The notes: generated by a model not told the origin, from the sequence alone. Numbered from the stretch's first letter, positions 18,338 to 29,607 are shown. The stretch: DNA of 64,000 bases from a bacterium (GCA_037130655.1 JBAXSP010000001.1:37641-101640), one strand, 5' to 3'. Program-made: numbers and translations.

Positions 18338-20137
18338 CTATTCCCCACTTCGCATCATCTTGATGAAAACCTCTTGCGGAATATTCACTTTCCCTCGTTC
18401 TTTCATTTTCTTCTTTCCTTTCTTTTGTTTTTCGCGGAGCTTCATTTTTCGAGTAATGTCACCGCCATACATATGCTGTGTCACATCTTTCATAAAAGCT
18501 TGTACTGTTCTCGATGAAATGATTCGTCCGTTTCCATATCCTTGGATCTTCATTGCAAACATTTGTCTCGGCAACACTTTGTGCAATTTTTCTACGGTCT
18601 TTTCTGCTTCTTCTTCAACTTGGCGTTTTGAAATAACTTTGGTAAACGCTGGGACGATTTCATCCGCAACCAAAATATCTAGTCGCGTTACTTCTGCATG
18701 ACGCAAATCACCGATTTCATACGAGACTGAAGCATAGCCTGAAGTATTACTCTTCAAATCATCAAAAAAGTTTCGCATCAATTCACGTAGTGGCATATCG
18801 AGCAATATTTGTGAACGGTTGTCACCAAAATTTTCAACTCCCATTACTTCAGCTTCATGTTCATAGAAAAATGGCATCAAGTTCGAAACATAATCCATCG
18901 GCGTGATAATAGACACGGTCACCCATGGTTCCATTACTTCTGCAATCAAACCATCATCTGGAAAAAGGTGCGGCGAATAAACGGTGACTTGTTCACCATT
19001 TCGCATTTTTACTTCATAAGTAATAGATGGTGAAGTCACCACCAATTCCAGATTAAACTCACGATGAAGTCGTTCGGTAATGATTTCCAAGTGGAGCATT
19101 CCAAGGAATCCCACACGAAAACCGCGTCCCAGAAGCCCTGAAGCTTCTTCTTCATATGAGAACGCAGAATCCGACAATCGGAGGCGTCCTAGGGCCATTT
19201 TCAGCTCATTAAAGTCATCTTGTGCCTCTGGATAGATCGAAGCCCAGACCACCGGACGAGGTTGCATATACCCAGGAATTGCCGGCAATGGTTTCTTTGC
19301 AGAGACGATGGTGTCTCCGACAGATGCAATACCTGGTTTCTTGATACCAGTTACAATATAACCGATTTGCCCAGCGGTAATTTCTTCGGTCGGTGACTCA
19401 GTTGGCATAAACGCACCAACTTCAAGTGCGATAAATTTCTCTTCTGCAATTGCAAAAAGCAGTTGTTCATTTTTCTTCACACTACCATCGAGTACACGCA
19501 CGAACACAATTACACCTTTGTGGTTGTCATATTTGAAATCAAAGACAAGTCCACGAAAAACATCTTTGTCGACTTCTTGCGTTTGCGGTGCTGGGATTCG
19601 TTTGATAACTTCTGCCAACAATTCAGGCACTCCTTCACCAGTTTTTCCCGACACGGTGAGAATACTATCAATATCGCAATCGAGTAATTTGGCAACTTCC
19701 AACTTAATATCATCAACACGCGCAAGTGGTGAATCAATTTTTGAAAGCACTGGAATGATAACGAGTCCTGATTCACGCGCCATTTGTAATGTGGTCAGTG
19801 TTTGCGCTTGCACACCTTGTGTTGCGTCAACGAGCAGAATCGAACCTTCAACCGCTTTGAGTGCACGAGAAACTTCATAAGAAAAGTCGATGTGACCTGG
19901 TGTGTCAATCAAATTCATTTGATATCCCACACCTTCATATTTGTATTCCATTCGAACTGGTTGCATTTTGATGGTAATACCACGTTCACGTTCAAGCTCC
20001 ATCGAGTCGAGAACCTGATCTTTCATCTTTCTTTTCTCGATAGTATTTGTCACCTCCAAAAGCCGGTCAGCCAAAGTGGACTTCCCGTGGTCAATGTGAG
20101 CGATAATACTAAAGTTTCGAATATGTTTGAGTTCCAT
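18338..20137 (-). CDS. lepA: Elongation factor 4 (LepA)
   Basis: IRNFSIIAHIDHGKSTLADRL, GFLGMLH, YGGDITRK. Confidence 0.98.
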   Translation of the reverse strand: MELKHIRNFSIIAHIDHGKSTLADRLLEVTNTIEKRKMKDQVLDSMELERERGITIKMQPVRMEYKYEGVGYQMNLIDTPGHIDFSYEVSRALKAVEGSILLVDATQGVQAQTLTTLQMARESGLVIIPVLSKIDSPLARVDDIKLEVAKLLDCDIDSILTVSGKTGEGVPELLAEVIKRIPAPQTQEVDKDVFRGLVFDFKYDNHKGVIVFVRVLDGSVKKNEQLLFAIAEEKFIALEVGAFMPTESPTEEITAGQIGYIVTGIKKPGIASVGDTIVSAKKPLPAIPGYMQPRPVVWASIYPEAQDDFNELKMALGRLRLSDSAFSYEEEASGLLGRGFRVGFLGMLHLEIITERLHREFNLELVVTSPSITYEVKMRNGEQVTVYSPHLFPDDGLIAEVMEPWVTVSIITPMDYVSNLMPFFYEHEAEVMGVENFGDNRSQILLDMPLRELMRNFFDDLKSNTSGYASVSYEIGDLRHAEVTRLDILVADEIVPAFTKVISKRQVEEEAEKTVEKLHKVLPRQMFAMKIQGYGNGRIISSRTVQAFMKDVTQHMYGGDITRKMKLREKQKKGKKKMKERGKVNIPQEVFIKMMRSGE

Positions 20138-20364
20138 TTATGTGCCTATACTAGCAAAAATAAGCTATTTTTGCACGAAAAAAGCCCCGTTTGTGACAGG
20201 GCTTTATATATTTTAGAAACGAGAGGGCTTGATTGCATGTAAGTGCCTCAATTTATTGATTTTAAGAAGATGTGTGCCTTTACCCCAAAATTCTATGGCC
20301 ATAGTCTTCCACCAATTGTTTCTAGAAATAGTGTATCATATATAAAATTATCTGTCAAGCAAAT

Positions 20365-22044
20365 CTATTGTTCCTCAGCCACCACTTCCTGTTTCCAAAA
20401 CTTCTTCGAAATTGAACGAGTGACTGACAAAAATTCTTCTGTTTTAAATAGTGAATGAATCATCCCCCACACAATCAGTCCACCAATTCCAGCGACAAAC
20501 CCTTGGATAAATATTCCGATACCTGTTGAGCGTTCAATGTGCGGAGACAGAATTTGCAATAATTTGTACATGACAAAACTCATAATGATAGACGCTCCGA
20601 GATTTTTGATAAATGGTTTAAATAACACACTTGGTTCACCTTTCATAAAATCGTTTCGGAAGAGCAACCACAGCGCAACTCCGTTCAAGAGTGTCCCGAC
20701 AGCATAACCAAGTGACAACATCAACAAGACTGTCCCGTGCACTCCTTGTACTCGAAGCAATGATTCAATCGTATGTGCAAATACTGGTACGGTTTTGAAT
20801 AAATGAATAAAAAGATATGCAAACAAAATTTCAGATCCAGTAAAAATGAGATTCACGACGAGTGGTCTGCGAGTTTTACCAGCGGCATAATACGCACGAA
20901 CAAATAAAATGATGAAACATTGTCCGACAATAGCAATGGTAAAGAGCGCGAGTGACGCAGCAGTCAGTCGTGTGTGGTCCCAATTGAAGGCTCCTGTTCC
21001 CAAAATGACACGGACGATATGAGCACGCAATATCACAAACAATGAAATCACTGGCAATGAAAAGAAAAGAATTTGTTTGGCAGTACTGATGATAGTGTCT
21101 TTGTACAAATCCATATTACCTTCTGAAAATGCTTTTGACAGCACCGGAAATGCCGCTACTCCGTACGATAACCCGATGATTGCAATCGGCACTGATTGTA
21201 AGTTGAATGACAGATTAAAAAGTGAAATAGCACCTGTGTTAAGTTTTGACGCAAGTGCAGTAAGTACGAGCAACGCAAAACTATTGAGCGACAACGCAAG
21301 TGTTCGCGGAAGAGAAAGAAGAAAAACATTGCCCACATTTTTCCATTCGATTTTTGAACTCGCAACAAGTGTTGGGGTATTTTTTGAACGAGCAAGTACC
21401 GGCAAATTGATTGCCATATGCAAAAATGCACCGAGTAATACTCCGATAGCTAATCCATAAATACCACACACCGGCCACAAGAAATAAATCCCAATGATTA
21501 TTCCAAGGTTATAGAAAATTGGTGACAATGCGTAGACAAAAAACTTATGTTGCATTTGTGTTATCGAGCCGAACAAGTTCGATAGTCCGAGTAATATTGG
21601 TGACAACAACATCAAACGACTTACGTTCACCAACGTGTGTTGCATATCACCAGTAAACCCTGGTACAACATATCCAACCAAATACGGCATCAGAAGAAAT
21701 AATATTCCTGAAAGAATGATCATTCCGTACATAAACACCGTAAACATTTGTGATAAGAAATTTCGCACACCCTCATTCCCTTTTTCTTGTAGAATCTTGA
21801 CCAAAAATGGAAGTAGCACGGTCACCGATACCAAAGTAGAAACACTATTGAACATCAAATCTGGAATACGAAACGATGCATAGTAGATATCGAGTGATTG
21901 TGACGGACCAACAATTGAAGCAAAAGACCGGTCACGGACCAATCCAAGTAGTTGAGAAAGGAGCGCAGAAATCCCCAGCAAAAAAGCCGCATTATGAATA
22001 TTACTAAATTCTCTATGTACCATTTTCAGAATTCGATCAACCAT
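20365..22044 (-). CDS. murJ: Lipid II flippase MurJ
   Basis: LLGLVRDR, SFRIPD, many TM helices, RAYYA. Confidence 0.92.
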   Translation of the reverse strand: MVDRILKMVHREFSNIHNAAFLLGISALLSQLLGLVRDRSFASIVGPSQSLDIYYASFRIPDLMFNSVSTLVSVTVLLPFLVKILQEKGNEGVRNFLSQMFTVFMYGMIILSGILFLLMPYLVGYVVPGFTGDMQHTLVNVSRLMLLSPILLGLSNLFGSITQMQHKFFVYALSPIFYNLGIIIGIYFLWPVCGIYGLAIGVLLGAFLHMAINLPVLARSKNTPTLVASSKIEWKNVGNVFLLSLPRTLALSLNSFALLVLTALASKLNTGAISLFNLSFNLQSVPIAIIGLSYGVAAFPVLSKAFSEGNMDLYKDTIISTAKQILFFSLPVISLFVILRAHIVRVILGTGAFNWDHTRLTAASLALFTIAIVGQCFIILFVRAYYAAGKTRRPLVVNLIFTGSEILFAYLFIHLFKTVPVFAHTIESLLRVQGVHGTVLLMLSLGYAVGTLLNGVALWLLFRNDFMKGEPSVLFKPFIKNLGASIIMSFVMYKLLQILSPHIERSTGIGIFIQGFVAGIGGLIVWGMIHSLFKTEEFLSVTRSISKKFWKQEVVAEEQ

Positions 22045-22062
22045 ACAGTATGTTAAATAAGA

Positions 22063-24378
22063 TTATTTTTTAGTTGTTTTTGTTGTCTTATTTGAATCAA
22101 CAACTGGAGCAGGTGCTTGTTTTGTACCCAAATCAAGCGTATCAATAGCCTTTAACATTTCCTGGTTACCAACGAATGCAGTTCTGAGTGAACTTAGGAG
22201 TTTGTTTGAGTCATCATTATTACCAGTCTTTCTATATGCTCGCACCAACAATCCAGCTGTTTCCAATGAACTATTGTCGTACACAAAAGAGTTTTGCAAA
22301 TACACTACCGCACGCGCATTCAAACCAAGATCAAGTGCAACAGAACCAGCAACACGCAACGCTGTTGCATTTGTTGGGTAATAATACGCGATTGCATCCA
22401 AACTTTTTACCGCTTCATCATCTTTGTTTTGTGCATGATTAATTCGAGCAAGTAACACATACGCATCAGCATAATTATTTTTCAAAACCAAGGCACTACT
22501 AATATGTTCCACTGCTTTTGCATAGTTTTGGTTGGCGTATTCAAGTTGCGCAAAAGACAATTCACTTATCGGATTTTTGGGATCACGTTGTTTTGCCATC
22601 TCATATGCTTTGGCTGCATAATTGTATGCTTCTGTATTTTTGAGATTCAATCCGATTACATAAATATCACCCAGCGCTCTCCAGTTTTCCGCAGATGTTA
22701 TATCAGTAACATTTACCGCACCATCAGCATATGATCTCGCCAATTCATATGACTGCTGAATAGCTTTTGTATCTGGATTTTGAGATGAAATTGATGTATT
22801 AAACTGACTCAAATAAAACGAAGAGAGTGTTTTGTAGAATAGTTCATTTTTTGAATCCAAAGAAACTGCACGTAATAAATATTTCTCTGTCGTTGCCGGA
22901 GTTGGTGAAGTCACTCCTTTGCCGAACGAATATAGAGAAATATATTTTTCTGTAATTAGATACATCCCAGAAAGAGATGCGACGAGCAAGACAACGATAA
23001 GACTGATACCAAAGAAGCTTTTTCGTGGGTCATCCAAATAAGTAATATTCTTTTCACCGATTAGTTGTTGCTCTCGCAATGTTGCGACAAACAATGCAGT
23101 GAACAAGAACGTTAGCATCATTATTGAAAGCGACGGAGAATAAATCAAACAACAAAACCATAGATACAATGCACCGAGGAATGAACTAGTGACCCAAAAA
23201 TTAAAATCTTTTTCTCTCAAATTTCTAAAAACAAGACGGATACCGGTCAATACAAACACTACAACAAAAAGTACGATTGTTATCAATCCCAAAATACCAC
23301 CAGTCACCGCTAGACTTGGAAGAAATCCATAACCACTACTAAATGGAGTGTTCCAAAAATCAGTTTGATTGATAGACACAGGATGATACAACGCCCAAGC
23401 ACTTGAGAATCTGTTTGGACCGAAGCCAAAAACAGCATGAACTGAACCTGTTGTAACTGTTTTTGCAAACACGGTAGCAGTAGAAGAGAGTGATGGCTTC
23501 ACATCAACACTACTAAAACCTGTTTGTCTTGCAATAAAACCACTAACAAGATTGTTTCCAAGTAAAAACAATAAACAGACGATAATCACACAAAACGGCG
23601 CCATTGGTATTTTTCTTTGAGTGTTGCCTGTCTCATCCGCAGGAGAAAAAGTCAAAATATACACAAAAACAAGGAGTGCAAAAACACCGAGAATCAACCA
23701 AATAGTAGTGAAGTTAATCAAAGCCAAAACAGCCAATATCAAAACCAGCAACGCATTAAGTACGATTTTTTTGAATTTAGAAATCTGTGTTGTGTAGAGC
23801 GCCAACAATACAATCATTCCAATACCACCAGAAAAAATTGCCAAGTCATTCCAAGAACCAGCAAAACTTGTATTCGAAGAAACTCCAAACAATGAAGTGA
23901 ATTTTGTATTAGCAAAGAAGAAACCTGTAAAAGAAAGGAGGGTTGTTATGACAAAAGAAATGAGTAATCGTTTGTAGAGTTTTTTGACCAATGCTATTTC
24001 TTGCAGATATTGAATTGCCAAAAATCCATACATCGCCAACATAATCACACTAAAAGCTGTACCGAATTCAAAACCATTGCCCCAAAATGATTTGTGAACA
24101 ACAGGAGAAATCAATGCAGATAGGGTGAAAGAAAGGGCAAACCACCCCATATTTTTGATAATAGGAGTTTTAGGTATCGCAATATTTGCATCAATCAACC
24201 GAGCAAGCAACCAACAAACGAATGAAGCAAGTACAACAAAAGAAAAAACAAATCCTTTTATTGCTTCAATACTTACGGGTACTTTTGGTAAAAAGAGGAA
24301 TGGTAACACAATGGTTACACTCAAGAAAAGAAACTTGGCTATCTTTTCTATTTTGATGAAATGTTTTGATGGGTTCAT
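22063..24378 (-). CDS. Polytopic membrane protein with C-terminal TPR region (O-antigen ligase-like)
   Basis: About 12 TM segments, FGFGPNRF loop, helical TPR-like C-terminus. Confidence 0.7.
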   Translation of the reverse strand: MNPSKHFIKIEKIAKFLFLSVTIVLPFLFLPKVPVSIEAIKGFVFSFVVLASFVCWLLARLIDANIAIPKTPIIKNMGWFALSFTLSALISPVVHKSFWGNGFEFGTAFSVIMLAMYGFLAIQYLQEIALVKKLYKRLLISFVITTLLSFTGFFFANTKFTSLFGVSSNTSFAGSWNDLAIFSGGIGMIVLLALYTTQISKFKKIVLNALLVLILAVLALINFTTIWLILGVFALLVFVYILTFSPADETGNTQRKIPMAPFCVIIVCLLFLLGNNLVSGFIARQTGFSSVDVKPSLSSTATVFAKTVTTGSVHAVFGFGPNRFSSAWALYHPVSINQTDFWNTPFSSGYGFLPSLAVTGGILGLITIVLFVVVFVLTGIRLVFRNLREKDFNFWVTSSFLGALYLWFCCLIYSPSLSIMMLTFLFTALFVATLREQQLIGEKNITYLDDPRKSFFGISLIVVLLVASLSGMYLITEKYISLYSFGKGVTSPTPATTEKYLLRAVSLDSKNELFYKTLSSFYLSQFNTSISSQNPDTKAIQQSYELARSYADGAVNVTDITSAENWRALGDIYVIGLNLKNTEAYNYAAKAYEMAKQRDPKNPISELSFAQLEYANQNYAKAVEHISSALVLKNNYADAYVLLARINHAQNKDDEAVKSLDAIAYYYPTNATALRVAGSVALDLGLNARAVVYLQNSFVYDNSSLETAGLLVRAYRKTGNNDDSNKLLSSLRTAFVGNQEMLKAIDTLDLGTKQAPAPVVDSNKTTKTTKK

Positions 24379-24446
24379 AGTTATTGGTAAATTAATAATC
24401 CGTTATAGATTAGATTATACCAACAAACAAGCTTTTTTAGAGTGGA

Positions 24447-26897
24447 TTACAGAACAATGCTCACCAGCTTCCCTTTGACGTAGATTGTTTTTTTGATTTC
24501 CTTACTCTCTATCCATGGCAAGATTTTTTCATTTGTAACAGCGAGTTTGATGACTTCAGCTTCTTCGATATCAACTGGTACCAATAATTCTGCACGAACT
24601 TTGCCGTTGATTTGTACAACAACTGTAATCTCATCATCTTGTGTAAGTGATTCGTCGTATTTCGGCCATGTTGAAAGGTGAATACTAGAGCTTTCTCCAA
24701 GTTCATGCCACAATTGCTCAGTCATGTGTGGTGCAAATGGAGCAAGGAGTTGCAAGAAGATTTTATAAGAATAAATAGGAACAACTTCTTCTTTTTCCCA
24801 AAAATTTAAAAGTATCATCATCCCAGAAATTGCAGTATTAAATTTAAATTTTTCTATATCTTCACTCACTTTTTCTATAGTCTTATGAAGTAATACAGGT
24901 GTTTTTGTTTGATAGTTTACATCTTTTACTTTTTCTTTTAGTCTCCATACTCGCTCCAAGAATCGACGCACACCCACAACACCATTTGGATCCCACGGAT
25001 AATTTGTTGTTACTCCATATGGCCCCATAAACGCCAAATACATACGCACCGTATCAGCACCGAGTAATTGCACAATTTCATCAGGGTCAATCACATTCCC
25101 CTTTGATTTTGACATCTTGTTTCCATCAGGACCGAGGATCAATCCACGGTTGCGACGAATAATAAATTCTTCAGTGTTATTCACTAGTCCAATATCTTTC
25201 AAAGCCTTAGTCCAGAAACGTGAATACAACACATGCATTGTTGTGTGTTCAGCTCCACCCATATACAAATCAATCGGTAGCCATTTATTCATTTTCTCCT
25301 TGTCACAAAAAGCTTCAGTGTTTTTCGGATCAAGATAGCGATAGAAGTACCAAGAAGAATCAACGAATGTATCCATCGTTTCTACTTCCGGTTTCCAACC
25401 TGCACCAAAAATCTTTTCTGTTCGTTCAAACAATTCCTTACTTCGAGCAAGTGGTGAAGTCCCATCTGGTGTATGGTCGACATCTGTCGGCAAAAGCCAT
25501 GGCAAATGTTCTTTTGGGATTGGATGTGCGTTACCTTCCGGATCATAGACAATCGGAATCGGAACCCCCCAATATCGCTGACGAGAAATTCCCCAATCAC
25601 GTAAACGATAGGTCTTTACCAATTTTCCGCCGACAAATTCTGTGATTTTTGTTCGAGCTTCTTGAGAAGATATGTTATTAAAATCACCGGAATTCATTAA
25701 TGGACCGTCTTCTGTAAAACAAAAATCTTTTGCGGTTACAATATTTTTGAGATAGTGACTCGGATCATTTCGATATTCTGTAGGAACATTACCGTGATTT
25801 GTATTGCCACCAATAACTCTTTTTATTGAAAGATTGTATTTTCTAGCAAATTCAAAATCGCGTTCATCATGCGCAGGCACTGCCATCACTGCACCAGTTC
25901 CATATCCTGCAAGCACATAGTCGGCAATCCACACTGGCACATCTTCACCATTTGCCGGATTAATAGCAAAAACCCCCTCGAGACGTACTCCGGTTTTTTC
26001 TTTGTTTTGCTGACGGTCGAGTTCTGATTTCTTTTTTGACTCATCGATATATGAAAAAATGTCCGCTTGATTTTTTACGTTCAAAGAAAGCACTTCAACA
26101 AGCGGGTGTTCAGGAGCAAGTACTACATACGTCACACCAAAAAGCGTATCTGCACGAGTGGTAAATACTTTTATTTTTGCTTCACTATCTTTTATTTGAA
26201 ATTCAATTTCACTTCCTTCACTTCGTCCAATCCAATTTTTTTGTGCAGATTTGATTTCTTCTGGCCAATTCAACTCTTTTAGATCATCAATCAATGCATC
26301 GGCATATTTAGTAATACGAAGCATCCATTGTGCCTGGTCTTTTTGAACAACTTCACTTCCGCAACGTTCACACTTACCATCATGTACTTGTTCGTTAGCA
26401 AGCACGGTCATATCTTTTGGACACCAGTTCACCTTGGTCATTGCTCGGTATGCCAAATCATTTTTCAAAAATTCAGTAAACATCCATTGTGTCCATTTGT
26501 AGTATGCAGGGTCACAAGATACAACCTCACGAGACCAATCAAACATTGCTCCCATCGAACGAAGTTGATTGCGCATTGTTTCCATATGTTCATATGTCCA
26601 CACTTTTGGGTCACGCCCCAATTTGATTGCCGCGTTTTCTGCCGGCAATCCAAAGGCATCAAAACCCATCGGATACATCACATTGTATCCTTGCATTCTT
26701 TTGTAACGTGCAAAAATATCTGGCACCGCAAAAGCGTACCAGTGTCCGACGTGCAAATTTCCTGACGGATATGAAAACTCAACAAGTGCCATATAGTTTT
26801 CCTTTCCAGGAACCTCATCAGAAACTTTATAAATTCCCTTTTCTTCCCAGTCCTTTTGCCACTTTTGCTCTATATCTTTGTGATTGTATGGATTCAT
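24447..26897 (-). CDS. leuS: Leucine--tRNA ligase
   Basis: YPSGNLHVGH, GFDAFGLPAEN, DWGISRQRYWG, KMSKS. Confidence 0.98.
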   Translation of the reverse strand: MNPYNHKDIEQKWQKDWEEKGIYKVSDEVPGKENYMALVEFSYPSGNLHVGHWYAFAVPDIFARYKRMQGYNVMYPMGFDAFGLPAENAAIKLGRDPKVWTYEHMETMRNQLRSMGAMFDWSREVVSCDPAYYKWTQWMFTEFLKNDLAYRAMTKVNWCPKDMTVLANEQVHDGKCERCGSEVVQKDQAQWMLRITKYADALIDDLKELNWPEEIKSAQKNWIGRSEGSEIEFQIKDSEAKIKVFTTRADTLFGVTYVVLAPEHPLVEVLSLNVKNQADIFSYIDESKKKSELDRQQNKEKTGVRLEGVFAINPANGEDVPVWIADYVLAGYGTGAVMAVPAHDERDFEFARKYNLSIKRVIGGNTNHGNVPTEYRNDPSHYLKNIVTAKDFCFTEDGPLMNSGDFNNISSQEARTKITEFVGGKLVKTYRLRDWGISRQRYWGVPIPIVYDPEGNAHPIPKEHLPWLLPTDVDHTPDGTSPLARSKELFERTEKIFGAGWKPEVETMDTFVDSSWYFYRYLDPKNTEAFCDKEKMNKWLPIDLYMGGAEHTTMHVLYSRFWTKALKDIGLVNNTEEFIIRRNRGLILGPDGNKMSKSKGNVIDPDEIVQLLGADTVRMYLAFMGPYGVTTNYPWDPNGVVGVRRFLERVWRLKEKVKDVNYQTKTPVLLHKTIEKVSEDIEKFKFNTAISGMMILLNFWEKEEVVPIYSYKIFLQLLAPFAPHMTEQLWHELGESSSIHLSTWPKYDESLTQDDEITVVVQINGKVRAELLVPVDIEEAEVIKLAVTNEKILPWIESKEIKKTIYVKGKLVSIVL

Positions 26898-26990
26898 AGT
26901 ATTTCAACAGTATAGTCCAAAATCGACTTTTTTTCCATAAGAAAACCCCCAGAAAATTCTGAGGGTTTTGGACCTAAGTCCTAATGTCTT

Positions 26991-27221
26991 TTATGCATGA
27001 GCAAGCTCGTGTTGCTCATCGCACAGTTCTTCTGGTTTAGTTTTAGGTTGAAACCCTAAAACAATAATTACCGATCCAATGATTCCTGAAAATATTCCAG
27101 CACCGAGTATTTGTTCGATTTGACTGTCTTTCAGATTTGGTACTGATAACAAGAAGTACATAGTGATAGCGGCACCGATAAGGATGGTAAATCCAATAAC
27201 TAAAGTGATTATTTTATTCAT
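26991..27221 (-). CDS. Small two-TM hypothetical protein
   Basis: Start set at MNKIIT; TTGACA...TATAAT promoter at 27309-27338. Confidence 0.55.
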   Translation of the reverse strand: MNKIITLVIGFTILIGAAITMYFLLSVPNLKDSQIEQILGAGIFSGIIGSVIIVLGFQPKTKPEELCDEQHELAHA

Positions 27222-27451
27222 TTTTTTAAATATTATTTGGTGGTCAAAAGACATATCTCGTATAACCTTTGATCACCAAACAATATCTAAGAACTTTTCT
27301 ACATTAGTATTATAGCACAATATATAGTATTTTGTCAATAGCTGTGTACTCCGTACTACATCTACCCAATATGAGACGCCTGAAGGGGTATTTTCTTACA
27401 GAACATCAAAAAAGACCGAAAACCTTGAGGTTTTCGGTCTTTTTCTTTGAC

Positions 27452-28012
27452 TTATTCTGTAAACCTCTTAATTGCTACATAGATAAGCGCAATTAAGGCT
27501 ATTCCCAATATCACCACTCTCAAGATACTTGTCGCAGTCCCCCAGTATCGCATTGAAGCAATGATATATGAGAGTACTCCAGCCCAAGTAAACGCCGGTG
27601 AAAGAATCGGGTGACGTCGCACGATTCCCAATATGGTCAGTGCGATTCCAGCTACGATTAGAGTGACAAATACGTTCAGCTCATAAGCTTTGCGTTTTGT
27701 ATCGTAGTCTTTTTGTTTGGTGTAGTTTGGATCACAGTACCCTTTGCTCACGTCTTGTTTTTTTGGAGCAGTTTTCAACTCAGTATCATAGTTAGTATTC
27801 TCACTCCATTGTCCACCAACAGAGAGACAACTTTCTTTTGTTGTATACGATTCAACAACTTGCGGTTGTGCAAAATAATTTGCATACACCGGTTCTTTGT
27901 ATACAACCGACAATGTATAGTTCAAAAAGAGATTGATAACAATAACGAGACCAACAACAAGTGCAACGCGAACGAATTTATTTGAAGTATTTGTATTATT
28001 TGTTTCCATCAT
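27452..28012 (-). CDS. Hypothetical membrane protein
   Basis: Four TM helices with an extracellular Cys pair (C..VGGQW...GYCD). Confidence 0.75.
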   Translation of the reverse strand: MMETNNTNTSNKFVRVALVVGLVIVINLFLNYTLSVVYKEPVYANYFAQPQVVESYTTKESCLSVGGQWSENTNYDTELKTAPKKQDVSKGYCDPNYTKQKDYDTKRKAYELNVFVTLIVAGIALTILGIVRRHPILSPAFTWAGVLSYIIASMRYWGTATSILRVVILGIALIALIYVAIKRFTE

Positions 28013-28080
28013 AGATACATTATACCAAATTTACTGTTTTAAACATATTATTTTTTGTCTATGTCTAGTACAATGAATAT

Positions 28081-28686
28081 ATGCAAAAACCAATGGAGTA
28101 CAACACAAAAAGTGGACAACGAATTGAAGTTCTTGCAATTCGTGCGACACGTTGGATTGGCTCTGTTTCTTCTATCGTATTTCACACAATTATCTTCATT
28201 CTTTGTTTCGTATTAATTCTCCTTGGCGCACCGACAGACAAAGTATTACTGACACTGACGACCATTGTCTCACTTGAAGCGATTTACCTCTCAATCTTTA
28301 TTCAAATGTCAGTCAATCGTTCAAACAGACGGTTGGTCGCTGTTCGTAAAGACTTGGAAGACATTCAAGAAGGAGTGGAAGAAATCGGGGAAGACATCGA
28401 ACACATTGAAGAAGATATTGGAGAAATCCAAAAAGACGTCGAAGAAATTCAAGGTGAAGTCGGAGAAATTAGTGATGACATTGAAGACATTCAGGAAGAC
28501 GTCAAAGAACTCGGCGAAGAAGTCGAAGACATCGGAGAAGAAATGGATGAAGATGACGAAGAAGGCAAGGCTCGCGATGCGATGATTATGGCAAAAATGG
28601 AAGTGAAGCTCGAAGAGTTACTCCAAGAAATTGCTGTCCTCAAAGAACAAACTGCAAAGAAAAAACCAACAAAGAAATCTGAATAA
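28081..28686 (+). CDS. DUF1003-like membrane protein with acidic heptad coiled coil
   Basis: WIGS, VSLEAIYLSIFIQM, then repeated (V/I)EE(I/L)xxD heptads. Confidence 0.8.
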   Translation: MQKPMEYNTKSGQRIEVLAIRATRWIGSVSSIVFHTIIFILCFVLILLGAPTDKVLLTLTTIVSLEAIYLSIFIQMSVNRSNRRLVAVRKDLEDIQEGVEEIGEDIEHIEEDIGEIQKDVEEIQGEVGEISDDIEDIQEDVKELGEEVEDIGEEMDEDDEEGKARDAMIMAKMEVKLEELLQEIAVLKEQTAKKKPTKKSE

Positions 28687-28719
28687 AAAAACAGCATCCG
28701 AAAGGATGCTGTTTGCATT

Positions 28720-29133
28720 TTAAACATCTGAATCAATTGCATCGATTTTATTTTTTTTATGTTCTAAACATAACCTAACAATCAACACAACACTCAAAAT
28801 ACCACCGAAGACCATTTGAATAATAAATACTCTATTGAACGCATTTGATGATAATCCAATAGACCAATCCAGAACCAAAAATATAAGAAGAAGCGTTGTA
28901 TTGAATACTTTCAAGTATTTGTCATATCTTGAAATGATATCTTTTTCCTTGAAAGATATGCAGTAAAAAAAGAAAAGCTCCATAACCACAATCTTTAAGT
29001 GAAAGGAATTTCCTTTGTAAAATGGAATACTAGGCAGACTAAACGGAAGATCAACAGGAAAAAGAGACACGACAAAAATCAACGAGATTACTCCGAAAAT
29101 AAACATCAGAGTTTTGAATAAATTTGCTTTCAT
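28720..29133 (-). CDS. Hypothetical membrane protein
   Basis: Four hydrophobic segments; TTGACT-N17-TATTAT upstream. Confidence 0.6.
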   Translation of the reverse strand: MKANLFKTLMFIFGVISLIFVVSLFPVDLPFSLPSIPFYKGNSFHLKIVVMELFFFYCISFKEKDIISRYDKYLKVFNTTLLLIFLVLDWSIGLSSNAFNRVFIIQMVFGGILSVVLIVRLCLEHKKNKIDAIDSDV

Positions 29134-29325
29134 TATTATATATTTTATTTAAAAGATACCTTTTATATAATACTACTTTAAAATATAAAAGTCAATATAT
29201 CTATATTAATACTTCTGCCGTAAAGCACTTCTGTATGGGTGGTAGAAACATGCCACAAGCAATCGAGAATATCGAAAAGATTTTGAGAAAGATAAAATAA
29301 AAAATCCCGCAAAAGCGGGATTTTA

Positions 29326-29607
29326 TTATTTTTTCTCTGCATCTAATTTAAAGCCAACAGGCGTCATTTCATTGTTTCCATAAAAAGAGCTCTGTATTGA
29401 TTGTGATGCCAAAAAAGCATATGCTTCTTTCAATTCATCACTCGTACACCCGGTAAATTTTTCTAATTCTCCTAAAAGATTTCTAAACTTCTCTGGGGAG
29501 GCAGGCATTCCAGATATCATACTTTGATGTATCACTATTTTACCTAAGACTATATAAAGTCTATTATTTTTTTTATTTTGCATAACATTACAATTGTCCG
29601 ATAACAA
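29326..29607 (-). CDS. Hypothetical protein (true start probably the internal MQNKK)
   Basis: ORF lies between a consensus promoter and a terminator. Confidence 0.5.
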   Translation of the reverse strand: MLSDNCNVMQNKKNNRLYIVLGKIVIHQSMISGMPASPEKFRNLLGELEKFTGCTSDELKEAYAFLASQSIQSSFYGNNEMTPVGFKLDAEKK

